A stretch of DNA of 29,318 bases from an uncultured virus (IMG/VR IMGVR_UViG_2675903231_000002) (lineage: Duplodnaviria; Heunggongvirae; Uroviricota; Caudoviricetes). Shown piece after piece: positions 8,610 through 16,913 of the stretch; the first letter of the stretch is position 1, and each line of letters starts with the position of its first letter. A program made the position numbers and the translations under genes. The notes under the pieces were generated by a model. It was given only the letters and a program-made list of their open reading frames with translations, was not told where the DNA came from and searched no databases. The DNA lies in the IMG/VR virus record IMGVR_UViG_2675903231_000002; one strand, given 5' to 3'.

Positions 8610-10082
8610 TTATTGTAGTGCTTCAATGACGAACGAAAGCGTCGCATCGTCGGCCACCTGCGGCTTGGCAATCACGTCGCTGAACGGCCGGACGGAACGG
8701 TCGTCGTATCCTATCACGACAGAGATCACCTGAAACTCCTTCTCGTTTTTCACCCGGGCGAATTCCCCGTGCAAAAACTTGTCGGAGACTCGGCTTTCCC
8801 CGTCGGTGATGAACACGATGTCGCCTTTCTTGAACGACGCTTCGTCCATGATCTGCACAGCCTCTTTCAGCGGTCTTTCAAAGTTTGTACCGCCGTTAAA
8901 GAAGTGCTGCGCCATTTCAACGAGTTGAACGGGCGACGCGTCCTTTGGCCGGGGCCACTTCTGCACGAAAATCTCGGGCTCGCTTCCGAAGTGCACCACG
9001 GCAAAGGCTCGCCTTTCCCGCCGTGCGATGGCGAACAGGGCCAGGGCGATGCCCTTCTCCCAGATTTCGACCGTACCAGCCGTGCTTCCGGATTCGTCAA
9101 GGCAAACCACGATGGGGCCCTGTCCTTCCCGCTCGAAGCCACGCAAGTCGTATTGCAACAGTCGGCGTTCTGCGAACCGTTGGATGAAATCATCCTCGGT
9201 CGCTGGGTCGGCCAGCAACAACAACTCCGATGGCAGGATGTTCGCGAGGTCGTCGCCCATCGTGATGTTGACGATCTCGGTCGGCGGATGAATGGTCCGG
9301 TTTTTGCGCTTGTTGAGGGCCATCATCTGCATACGGCCCGCCATCCGAGCGATCTCCCGGACGTGCGGATTCGTGCGCAGGATGTGCGCCAGTTCCAAGC
9401 GCTCCTTCCCACTCACCGGCTTACCGTCACCCATTCCGACACCAAACGCCTGCATCATGCGTTGATCTTCCTGCGCTTCCTGAACCGCCTGCTCCAACGC
9501 CTGTCGGACAGCACGGCCTATCGAACCGCTTTGAGCGTCGAATGCCTGCTCAAATTGGTCCGTGGCCTGTTGGAGCGTCTGCATCAGGTCGGCGGCTTGT
9601 TTTTGGAGCGCTTGTATTTGGTCAAGCAGCTGTGCCGCGGCTTGGCTATCTGGCATGGCATTCGCGGCTTCCTGGTACGCTTCGGCCTGGTCCAGCAGTT
9701 GTTGTAGCTGTTGTTCCAAGTCCTGTACTTGGTGTGCCGCGTGCCTGACATCCTCCGGCATCGCCTGTTCCAAGGCGTCCCGGAGGCTGAGCGACCCCAG
9801 CGCCGCACTGTACTCGTCCATCTGCGTCGTTTGACGCAGGTCTTTCCAAGCTGTTTGGCGCATGAGGTTTTCCATCACACGGCGGTTCACCGTGGGGCCC
9901 TGTTCGTTGATGTGTGGGCTCGCCTTGAAAAGGCTCGCCCACACATCCCGCATGAGACCCTGAAATGGTTCTTCCTTAACCGCAGCCTGAATCCGCTCGG
10001 ACTCTTCGAGGATCCGGTTCCAGGTCCGACGGTCGTAGCGATCTGTCTCAATTGCACCCACGTCGCTCAGATTCCCAGGCAT
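8610..10082 (-). CDS. VWA-domain protein (ViaA/CoxE-like)
   Basis: MIDAS motif DESGS, then GGTNF and FITDGE. Q/A-rich coiled coil. Overlaps the AAA gene. Confidence 0.9.
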   Translation of the reverse strand: MPGNLSDVGAIETDRYDRRTWNRILEESERIQAAVKEEPFQGLMRDVWASLFKASPHINEQGPTVNRRVMENLMRQTAWKDLRQTTQMDEYSAALGSLSLRDALEQAMPEDVRHAAHQVQDLEQQLQQLLDQAEAYQEAANAMPDSQAAAQLLDQIQALQKQAADLMQTLQQATDQFEQAFDAQSGSIGRAVRQALEQAVQEAQEDQRMMQAFGVGMGDGKPVSGKERLELAHILRTNPHVREIARMAGRMQMMALNKRKNRTIHPPTEIVNITMGDDLANILPSELLLLADPATEDDFIQRFAERRLLQYDLRGFEREGQGPIVVCLDESGSTAGTVEIWEKGIALALFAIARRERRAFAVVHFGSEPEIFVQKWPRPKDASPVQLVEMAQHFFNGGTNFERPLKEAVQIMDEASFKKGDIVFITDGESRVSDKFLHGEFARVKNEKEFQVISVVIGYDDRSVRPFSDVIAKPQVADDATLSFVIEALQ

Positions 10083-11191
10083 TTGCTCGTCACTCCTTTG
10101 AGCAGTTCTTCCACCTTCTTGTCGGCTTCCTGGATCCGTTGAATCTTGGATGGAGAGCCGCCAGCGGAGATGAAGGCCTGGATCTGCGTGCGGATGGTCT
10201 TGAGTTTCTTGATCGCTTCCGTCCCGATGGCAATCGCTTGGTCGTCCGAGGCTTTCATCGCGTTGTTCGCGATGTCCCGGGCATCCTCAAGCAACTCGGC
10301 CACCTGACCGGCCACCGGGTCGAGGCGCTTCCGGACGATGGTCGCCACGGTCGCCTTTTGCGACGGGTCCTCCCACAGCGCGTGCTGCAGGATTTCCGCG
10401 TCTTCCTCCAAGACAACGTGGTCGCGTCCGGCCAGCACAGCCCGGGCGGGCAGTAGGCGCTTGGCCACCTGCACCCAGCGGCGGTCGGAGAGGAAAATCC
10501 CCTCTTGCGCCAGATCGGTGCGCAGTGTTACCAGCGCATCTGCGACGGATTGGTCAATCGGAATTTGCTCCGCCAGGTGCTGCAACAGGTTCAGTTCCGC
10601 CAAGGTGATTGGTGCGGGAGACTGCGCTGGCGACTGCATCAGCATCGCCGCAAAGTTTCCGTCGTCCTTGACGTATCCCGGCTCGTACCGCAGCATGAAC
10701 CGGTCGAATACGGCCTGCAGCTCCTCCTCCTGCGGATACTCGTTGGATGTCCCAATGAGCGTCTTGAGTGGGGACGGCTCTTGCCGCGTCCCGTTGTAGA
10801 ACACCCGCTCGTTGATGAGCGTGAGCAGGGCGTTCAGGATCGCGCTGTTGGCCTTGAAAATTTCGTCCAGGTAAGCGATGTGCGCCGTAGGCAGCTTTCC
10901 GGCAGTGATCCGCTCGTATTGACCCGCCTTGAGTTTGGCTAGGTCGTACGGGCCGAACAGCTCTTCCGGAGTGCTGAACTTGGTGAGCAACCACTGGAAG
11001 TAGTTGCAACCCTCAATCAAACCCGACAGTGCCACTGTAATCGCACTTTTCGCCGTACCCGGAGGGCCGATAAGAAGCACGTGAACGTTGGCGACCAGGG
11101 CCGTGATGAGCCCATCCACAACATCCTCGCGTTCTTTGAACTGCCCCTGCAGATACGTCCGGATGTCGTTCAACTTTTGAATGGCGTTCAT
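10067..11191 (-). CDS. MoxR/RavA-family AAA+ ATPase
   Basis: Motifs GPPGTAKS, STPEELFGP, LDEIFKANSAILNALL and DRF. Confidence 0.92.
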   Translation of the reverse strand: MNAIQKLNDIRTYLQGQFKEREDVVDGLITALVANVHVLLIGPPGTAKSAITVALSGLIEGCNYFQWLLTKFSTPEELFGPYDLAKLKAGQYERITAGKLPTAHIAYLDEIFKANSAILNALLTLINERVFYNGTRQEPSPLKTLIGTSNEYPQEEELQAVFDRFMLRYEPGYVKDDGNFAAMLMQSPAQSPAPITLAELNLLQHLAEQIPIDQSVADALVTLRTDLAQEGIFLSDRRWVQVAKRLLPARAVLAGRDHVVLEEDAEILQHALWEDPSQKATVATIVRKRLDPVAGQVAELLEDARDIANNAMKASDDQAIAIGTEAIKKLKTIRTQIQAFISAGGSPSKIQRIQEADKKVEELLKGVTSKCLGI

Positions 11192-11197
11192 CAGAAA

Positions 11198-11266
11198 TCT
11201 CCTTTCGCCCCCGTGCTGTGCCGGGGGCTAAGGTTGATTAGCCCCGCACAGCCGGGGGAGAAGGAG
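11198..11266 (-). promoter_or_regulatory. Long hairpin from the upstream stop codon to the SD of the AAA gene
   Basis: CTCCTTCTCCCCCGGCTGTGCGGGGCTAA pairs with TTAGCCCCGGCACAGCACGGGGGCGAAAGGAG. Confidence 0.8.
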
Positions 11267-12166
11267 TTACAGCTTTTCGATCAAGGACATCATCTGCTGT
11301 TCGAGCAGGTCAACGTCCGTCTCCAGCGTTCCGATGCTCTCTTTCAGGATCTCCTGATAGAGAGTCACTTCCTGCCGGATGTGCTTCGCCCGCTCAAGCA
11401 ACGTCTGGATAGTGTCCTCCGTAATCACGTCTGCTTTCAACGTCGCTCGGATTTCGTTCAGGATCGTCTCGGCCTTGTTGGTCACGACGTCCCGAACCAT
11501 GTCCCGGGCCTCAGCCGTGTTCTCAACCGGTAGGTGGTATGCCTTGCATCCAGCCAAACGGTTGATGAACGCGATAAGCTGGAAAAGCAGTTCCTCGTTC
11601 TGCCGGGGAATCAGGTACACACCGCCTGACTCCTTGAGCGCGGTGGCCGACAAGTCGTTCAGAACCGCGTATACGGCCCGACGCTTGGCCCCGTCATCAT
11701 ACGTGGTGAGGAACAGCTCGTAGTTTTTGCGGAAGGTGTTTACCGCGTCCACGATAAACGGCTCGTCCCTCACGATCTCGACATCCACGGTCTTGTAGTT
11801 GTGGTCGAATCGCAGCAAGGCGGCCTTCGAATCGTAGGTCAGCCGGTGTCCGCTGGTATCCCGGATTTCCACGACAAGGTGACGCACCACCTCGTCCCGG
11901 TTGTGCCAGACGTCACGCACCAGCAGCTCGATCCGTCGATCACCGTCCAGCTTGGCACGTCCTTCGATGGACTTGCTTGCCCGCCGGTACGCATCCACGG
12001 CCCGAATGGGCGGGAGTTTGTATCGGTCAGGCAAACCCGATTCCATGAAGGCTCGCGCCATCGTGACCTGATCCGTGTAGGTTTCCCCGATGATGTACCA
12101 AAACAGTTGGCCGATCCGGCTGGCGGTCTGGTTTTGGTTCGCAACGAGATTCTCCAGTGCAAACAC
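11267..12166 (-). CDS. DUF6744-like protein (partner of AAA/VWA)
   Basis: Motifs IGQLFWY, DAYRRA and GGVYLIP. C-terminal coiled coil. GTG start with SD AAAGGAGG. Family assigned from memory of such trios. Confidence 0.7.
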   Translation of the reverse strand: MFALENLVANQNQTASRIGQLFWYIIGETYTDQVTMARAFMESGLPDRYKLPPIRAVDAYRRASKSIEGRAKLDGDRRIELLVRDVWHNRDEVVRHLVVEIRDTSGHRLTYDSKAALLRFDHNYKTVDVEIVRDEPFIVDAVNTFRKNYELFLTTYDDGAKRRAVYAVLNDLSATALKESGGVYLIPRQNEELLFQLIAFINRLAGCKAYHLPVENTAEARDMVRDVVTNKAETILNEIRATLKADVITEDTIQTLLERAKHIRQEVTLYQEILKESIGTLETDVDLLEQQMMSLIEKL

Positions 12167-12190
12167 TGTTGAATTCCTCCTTTTGTTTCG

Positions 12191-12331
12191 TTTCAGTGGT
12201 CTCAGGGTTCAGAGCTATCCTCTTGCCTTGAGACTGACGAATTTGTCCTCATCTCCAAGCGCCACCCGCCTGCACCGGGTGGGTGAATTTACCCGGTGCA
12301 GCGGGTTTGGCTTAGAGTGGGAACCACTGAA
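12191..12331 (-). promoter_or_regulatory. Multi-branched intergenic structure
   Basis: TTCAGTGGT/ACCACTGAA closing stem with an inner CCCGCTGCACCGGGT/ACCCGGTGCAGGCGGG hairpin. GTCTCAAGG/CCCTGAGAC competes with the closing stem. Confidence 0.7.
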
Positions 12332-13507
12332 TCAGCTTGCCGCGCGATCGGCTTCTTCGACTTGTGCTGTGAAGAGGGGGGCGATCAGACCGAGGCCGCC
12401 GTCCCCTACCGGTTTGACCGTGATGGGCTTATTGGGCCCGTCCAATCCCACCTCAACCTGTTTCACGCCGTCGGAGGAACGGAGCAAACCGATCCAGTAG
12501 TTGATGTTGCACAGGAGCGATAGCTCACTCGTAATCGTGCTGCTGACCACATCCACGTCGTGCTTCGCAGTTCCGTACTGCGCCGACGTGGCTGACACAA
12601 CAACGCGATCAGCGAAGAAGGTGAACTCCGCCCGTTGGTGTTCAGTCTCAGAAAGGATTGATACCCGTTCGCAGGCCTCCAGCAAAGTCGCCCGGTCGAT
12701 GATCACAGACGCGCCTGGTTGTTGCGGAATGATGCGGGATACATCCGGGTAACCCGTGCTCAATCCGCGAATGACCATGCGGTATGCGTCATCTCCCCAG
12801 GAGACCGTGCACGACGATGATCCGATAGAGAACGTAATCTCCTCGTCATCGTCATGCGCCGGCAGCACTGCCGCGAGTTTATCGAGCAATGCGGCCGGTA
12901 CTGGCAGGCTCCTCTCGTCTCCGGATACTTCCTGGCACGGTACGTTGTAAAGCGCCAGGCGTATCCCGTCGGTCGCCACTCCATGAAGCGTGGTGTCCGA
13001 GATTTTCAGCAACACGCCAGTCAGGGCCGGACGAGCTTCTCCCTTCGCCGCGGCATACGTCGTACGCCGCAGCAACCGGAACAAGTCCGGAGCAAGGATG
13101 ACGGCCGTGGTTGATTCGGCCGGGTCGTCACCGTAGGGCGTGAAGAGCTTCGGATCAAGCCCTGCCAGCTCGTATTTGGCGTTGCCAAAGGTGACGGACG
13201 TTCTCCCTGCGGTTTGGTGCAGGGTGATCTGACCGCTGGCACGCTTCACAATCTCGTGCAACTCCTTTGCCGGGAGCAGGCACGTACCTGACTTTTCGAT
13301 GGTGACTGGCGAGTTCGCCGCCTCCTGGAACAACGTCCGGCGGACCGACATGTCCTCGCTGCTCGCGTAGAAATCCACCCGGTCTTCGTCCTTGTTCGCC
13401 TGGATGAGCACGTGCCGCAGCACCGCCTTGTTGGTCGAGGTCGGGACCACACGTACCAGGTCGCGCAACACCTTTTCCAGCTCGGTGTTGTTGAAGGTTG
13501 CTTTCAT
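12332..13507 (-). CDS. dnaN: DNA polymerase III beta sliding clamp (element-encoded)
   Basis: Motifs RPALTGV, VATDGIRLA and YPDVSRIIP. Start re-assigned to ATG 13507 (MKATFN) with SD AAAGGAG. Confidence 0.92.
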   Translation of the reverse strand: MKATFNNTELEKVLRDLVRVVPTSTNKAVLRHVLIQANKDEDRVDFYASSEDMSVRRTLFQEAANSPVTIEKSGTCLLPAKELHEIVKRASGQITLHQTAGRTSVTFGNAKYELAGLDPKLFTPYGDDPAESTTAVILAPDLFRLLRRTTYAAAKGEARPALTGVLLKISDTTLHGVATDGIRLALYNVPCQEVSGDERSLPVPAALLDKLAAVLPAHDDDEEITFSIGSSSCTVSWGDDAYRMVIRGLSTGYPDVSRIIPQQPGASVIIDRATLLEACERVSILSETEHQRAEFTFFADRVVVSATSAQYGTAKHDVDVVSSTITSELSLLCNINYWIGLLRSSDGVKQVEVGLDGPNKPITVKPVGDGGLGLIAPLFTAQVEEADRAAS

Positions 13508-13550
13508 CGCGATCTCTCCTTTGTGTTGGTAGTCGTATGACCGAATACGG

Positions 13551-13847
13551 TCAACGAAAAACCAGCCGATTCCACAGAGGCTCCGCTTTCGTGGGTACCT
13601 CCAGGATGTCGCCTGGTTTGAGTTGCATGGCATCACGGATGTGGTTGCGCTGAATGATAGCCTCTACCACATACCGCGTGTCGTCCGGACATTGTTTCTC
13701 CGCGATGGACCACACCGTTTGCCCTGGCTCGACGACGACCTGTTTCCAACCCGATAAGTCGGGAGGAAGAAGCCGTAGGACCAGGAGTGCGTCGATCCCC
13801 GCGAGGATAAGCCCAATCCCGGCGTATCGTTTGATTCGCATTGCCAT
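13551..13847 (-). CDS. N-terminal TM plus LysM protein (YneA-like)
   Basis: Hydrophobic N-terminus, then VVVEPGQTVWSIA...LKPGDILEVP (LysM). Confidence 0.85.
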   Translation of the reverse strand: MAMRIKRYAGIGLILAGIDALLVLRLLPPDLSGWKQVVVEPGQTVWSIAEKQCPDDTRYVVEAIIQRNHIRDAMQLKPGDILEVPTKAEPLWNRLVFR

Positions 13848-13925
13848 CCCCTCCGTGGGTATCGTCCACCCACGGGACCCGCCGCCCGAGGGTGATGAGT
13901 AACCCCCGTATGGCGGGTGGGGTTG
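13848..13925 (-). promoter_or_regulatory. Intergenic hairpins overlapping the SD of the LysM gene
   Basis: ACCCGCC/GGCGGGT and CCGTGGGT/ACCCACGG stems. The second overlaps the start of GGAGGGG. Confidence 0.6.
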
Positions 13926-13931
13926 TACAAC

Positions 13932-14195
13932 TTACTGGCGCTTACGCCGCACTGCTACAGTGGACTCCCATTCATCCGCGGAGTACACCGTGATGATCGT
14001 GTTGGGCTTGGCCAGAACGACGTGCACCGGCTTTCCGTTGACATCCCCGCGTTTCATGACGCGGGTTCCGTTCTCTTGTACGGTCACGCCGACCTGGGCG
14101 ATCTGCTCGACCGCTTCAACGGGTAACCGGCGTTCGAGAATGCGTCGCACGGCGTGCCCGTCAAACACGGGCTTGGACATGGTTTTCAGTTTCAT
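13932..14195 (-). CDS. DUF4258-family protein
   Basis: FDGHAVRRILERRL...PVHVV...IITVY. Start re-assigned to ATG 14195 with SD GGAAGG. Confidence 0.8.
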   Translation of the reverse strand: MKLKTMSKPVFDGHAVRRILERRLPVEAVEQIAQVGVTVQENGTRVMKRGDVNGKPVHVVLAKPNTIITVYSADEWESTVAVRRKRQ

Positions 14196-14199
14196 GGTG

Positions 14200-14337
14200 T
14201 CACACCTTCCATTCGTCGATGTCCTCTCGGCGTGCGGTAAGCGCAGCCGGCAGAGTGCCATCGAAGTAGTGTTTGAGCATCTGGTCAAGCACGTATCCGT
14301 CGTCGTCAGACGCAAAGAACGCTGGGATCTGACACAT
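14200..14337 (-). CDS. 45-aa acidic small protein (not in the ORF track)
   Basis: MCQIPAFFASDDDGYVLDQMLKHYFDGTLPAALTARREDIDEWKV. It fills the gap between flanking genes (3 and 4 nt spacers) and has a G-rich SD. Confidence 0.65.
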   Translation of the reverse strand: MCQIPAFFASDDDGYVLDQMLKHYFDGTLPAALTARREDIDEWKV

Positions 14338-14340
14338 CCC

Positions 14341-15900
14341 TTACGCCCCCTGCGCGTGTGCGACGTCAGATACGATCTGGACCTCCAGCGGGCGATCCGC
14401 GACATACGCGGCGATGACCTGACCGCCAAACGTCTCGTCGAAAAGTCGCTGCACGGATTCGGCGTTGTCCACGTACACGGGCATCGGCTCACCCTTTGCC
14501 TGTGCGAGGACGCGGCCGATCTCGAGATCGCACCGCACCTTTTCCGAGAACGACAGCAACCGGTAAGGCCGACCCTTCCACGTAATCCTGAACGTCTCGC
14601 GGGTCTCGCCGGTTTCCTTGTTCCTGTCCGTCAAGTGAATGCGGACGTGCTCGAAAAGGCCGTTGAGCTTATCGTGCTGGGCGCGCAGGTACTGGAAGCG
14701 GAAATCCTGCAAGGCCTTCAACTTGCGCTGCAAGCCATCCAGGCGCTGACGTTCGGCTTCTAGTTCTTGCCGCACCCGCTCGATGTTCGCCCGGGCATCC
14801 TCATACGTCCGCAAGTTGGCGACATACGCGACCTCCAGAAAGTGCTCGTCTTTGAGGCGTTTCTCGATCTCTTGGACAAACCGTACCAGTTCGGCATCGG
14901 GTGCGGCGGTTTTCGGCAACGCTTCAAGTTGCTCGATCTCCGCCTTGACCTGGTTGCCTTCCTGGAACATCTCAGCCAATCTCACCTTGGCCGCCTTCGT
15001 CTTTTCAGCCACTTCTCGGCGGATCTGCTCCACCTTGTCAGGGGGTAATGGTTGCCCGCAGGTGTGGCAGTGGGTGTCCACTCTGGGGAGACTGTCTCGT
15101 AATGCACGGAAGTCCCGGCCCAGCGATTCGCGCCGTTCACGCAGCTCCTTCAAGCGCTGTTGCCGATGCTCGGCTTCCGTCTCGCGCTTGATGAGTTCTC
15201 GCTTGGCCGCTTCGTACTGCTGGCGTTCCTCGTCCGTGACTTGGCTGACAAAGGGCTTCGGTGCTCCCTTCTCAATGGCCGAAAGGTACACACTGCGCTG
15301 CCCTTCCAAACGCAGTACGGTCTCTTCGCAGGCCTTGATTTCCTGTCGAAGCCGCTGGGCGGCGTAATCGACGGAATCCAGACCCATGACGAAGAGGTCG
15401 TTCGCCAGAAGCTCCCGGTTGTCCAGGCGCATCCGAGCGAGAACCTCATCCTTGGTCACGTCGGGGACACATCGGCTCAAGACGGTTTTGGCGTCCTTCG
15501 GCTCCAGACTGCTGAAATAGCCCGGAAAAAAGATCGACAGGAACTCCTGTACCGTCCCAAACCAGCCTTCTATTTGACCGGGGGTTGGCTTCCTTCCATT
15601 CACCAACTGCACCGAGCCCTTACTTCCGACCCGTGTGCGCGAGATGGTGACCGGGCGTTTGTGGCTTTTGAGGAGAAATGTTGCGGTGACCGCCATGCTC
15701 TTGGCACCCAGGCGCATCAGGCTTTCGTCCTGCTTGGTCTTGCCGTAGATGTTGGTGCCCCACAGACACCACACGACAGCTTCGGCCAGCGTGGACTTGC
15801 CCGCGCCGTTGTGCCCGTACACGGTGGTTACGTCGCCGAAGGTGAACTCGGCGCGTTCAAAGCAGCGGAAGTTCTCCAAGACGAGCGCTTGGAGTTTCAT
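14341..15900 (-). CDS. Rad50/SbcC-like (SMC-family) ATPase
   Basis: LENFRCF, Walker A GHNGAGKST, coiled coil with Zn-hook CHTCGQ, signature LSFSEK and Walker B VYVDNAE. Confidence 0.88.
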   Translation of the reverse strand: MKLQALVLENFRCFERAEFTFGDVTTVYGHNGAGKSTLAEAVVWCLWGTNIYGKTKQDESLMRLGAKSMAVTATFLLKSHKRPVTISRTRVGSKGSVQLVNGRKPTPGQIEGWFGTVQEFLSIFFPGYFSSLEPKDAKTVLSRCVPDVTKDEVLARMRLDNRELLANDLFVMGLDSVDYAAQRLRQEIKACEETVLRLEGQRSVYLSAIEKGAPKPFVSQVTDEERQQYEAAKRELIKRETEAEHRQQRLKELRERRESLGRDFRALRDSLPRVDTHCHTCGQPLPPDKVEQIRREVAEKTKAAKVRLAEMFQEGNQVKAEIEQLEALPKTAAPDAELVRFVQEIEKRLKDEHFLEVAYVANLRTYEDARANIERVRQELEAERQRLDGLQRKLKALQDFRFQYLRAQHDKLNGLFEHVRIHLTDRNKETGETRETFRITWKGRPYRLLSFSEKVRCDLEIGRVLAQAKGEPMPVYVDNAESVQRLFDETFGGQVIAAYVADRPLEVQIVSDVAHAQGA

Positions 15901-15904
15901 GGGA

Positions 15905-15995
15905 ATCCCTCCCGTGGGTGTGTTTTGAACACAAGCCCACGGTCGATGCCGGGGCTTGTGTGAAACAGGCCCCGCGCATCATGCGGGATGATGTT
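15905..15995 (-). promoter_or_regulatory. Cascade of overlapping hairpins upstream of the SMC-like gene
   Basis: GATGC..GGGGC/GCCCC.GCATC competes with CACAAGCCC.CGG/CCG.GGGCTTGTG, which competes with CCGTGGG..TGTGTT/AACACACCCACGG next to SD GGAGGG. Confidence 0.7.
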
Positions 15996-16039
15996 CGTTA
16001 CCGTCCTTCTTGGTTGGGCCGCGGATGTGTCGAGGCCCG

Positions 16040-16354
16040 TTACCTCGTTGCCCCGAAGAGCCCTTCCTCGCTCAACACTCGGATAAGCTCCTGTTCGGCC
16101 GCATCGGCTTCTTCCTCCGTCTCAAACGGTGACTTGACGCCGATTTGCTCTTTGGCCTCCTCCATCAGTCTCGTCACATCCAACTTGGCGAAGTCCACGG
16201 TGATGGCTTTCCGGTCCTCTACTGGGAACCGTTCCGCGTAGCGATCTGCCACAACGGCCGACATCAGCGGGTATCCGGATATCTCACCATTCTCGACAAA
16301 CGCCGGAAAGTTGGTGAACGTGACCGAGTTAAACTCCATGGTCGTCGTCGTCAT
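16040..16354 (-). CDS. Small acidic hypothetical protein
   Basis: ATG 16354 with SD GAAAGGA. About 21 D/E against 10 K/R. Confidence 0.75.
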   Translation of the reverse strand: MTTTTMEFNSVTFTNFPAFVENGEISGYPLMSAVVADRYAERFPVEDRKAITVDFAKLDVTRLMEEAKEQIGVKSPFETEEEADAAEQELIRVLSEEGLFGATR

Positions 16355-16433
16355 TTGAGGTCCGTCCTTTCGCATTTCGACCCGTCCCTTCGGTATTCTG
16401 CTGTATCAGCATTATATACCTTTGGGACGAATC

Positions 16434-16826
16434 TTACTGATTATGCTGGTTATGGCGACTGTGCCGAAGGTCAGTGAGCACCGTAACGACCGAGAAACGG
16501 GCCTCCCCTCGGACATTTGAAATCGCCAGAGCGATTGCCAGCGAAGGTTTCCCTTTCTCAGGGCGACCCACGATTGTAAATACGGGATCTCGATTCTGAA
16601 AGGGGTTCTCACCGTATGGGTACGTGTACGGTGAATGCATTTCGACTGGCTCTCCGTTACGTATGGCCAGTTTGACCACCGCCTCGGGGATACCGCGTTC
16701 AACCATGCGACCCTTGGCATGGTCGGTGAACTTGACCAGGTTGTGCTCCAGATGCATCTGGAGAACACTCTTCAGTAAGGGCCAGTGCTTTTGATACGCG
16801 TTTCCGTTTCCACCTGAGGTCTCCAT
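16434..16826 (-). CDS. DUF4258-family protein
   Basis: VKFTDHAKGRMVERGI...FSVVTV. Confidence 0.8.
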   Translation of the reverse strand: METSGGNGNAYQKHWPLLKSVLQMHLEHNLVKFTDHAKGRMVERGIPEAVVKLAIRNGEPVEMHSPYTYPYGENPFQNRDPVFTIVGRPEKGKPSLAIALAISNVRGEARFSVVTVLTDLRHSRHNQHNQ

Positions 16827-16905
16827 TCAACCGCCCATCGTGCAACACCACCGAGAGGGTTCCCCTCTCGCGTGTTGAACGAGAGGGGGCCTTTCCCTCC
16901 TTTCC
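16827..16905 (-). promoter_or_regulatory. Alternating inverted-repeat switch downstream of ssb
   Basis: CCCTCTCG / CGAGAGGG / CCCTCTCG triple allows two exclusive hairpins. Confidence 0.7.
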
Positions 16906-16913
16906 TGGTGTCG

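Noticed and set aside
2604..16913. Junction hairpins as intrinsic terminators
   Set aside because: No U-tracts follow the stems on the coding strand; they lead into SD or start regions instead.
2604..16913. Junction hairpins as integron attC sites or classical Frpo promoters
   Set aside because: No consistent RYYYAAC/GTTRRRY boxes and no integrase in the window. The stems are GC-rich and lack -35/-10 boxes, apart from the one at ~16410 reported separately.
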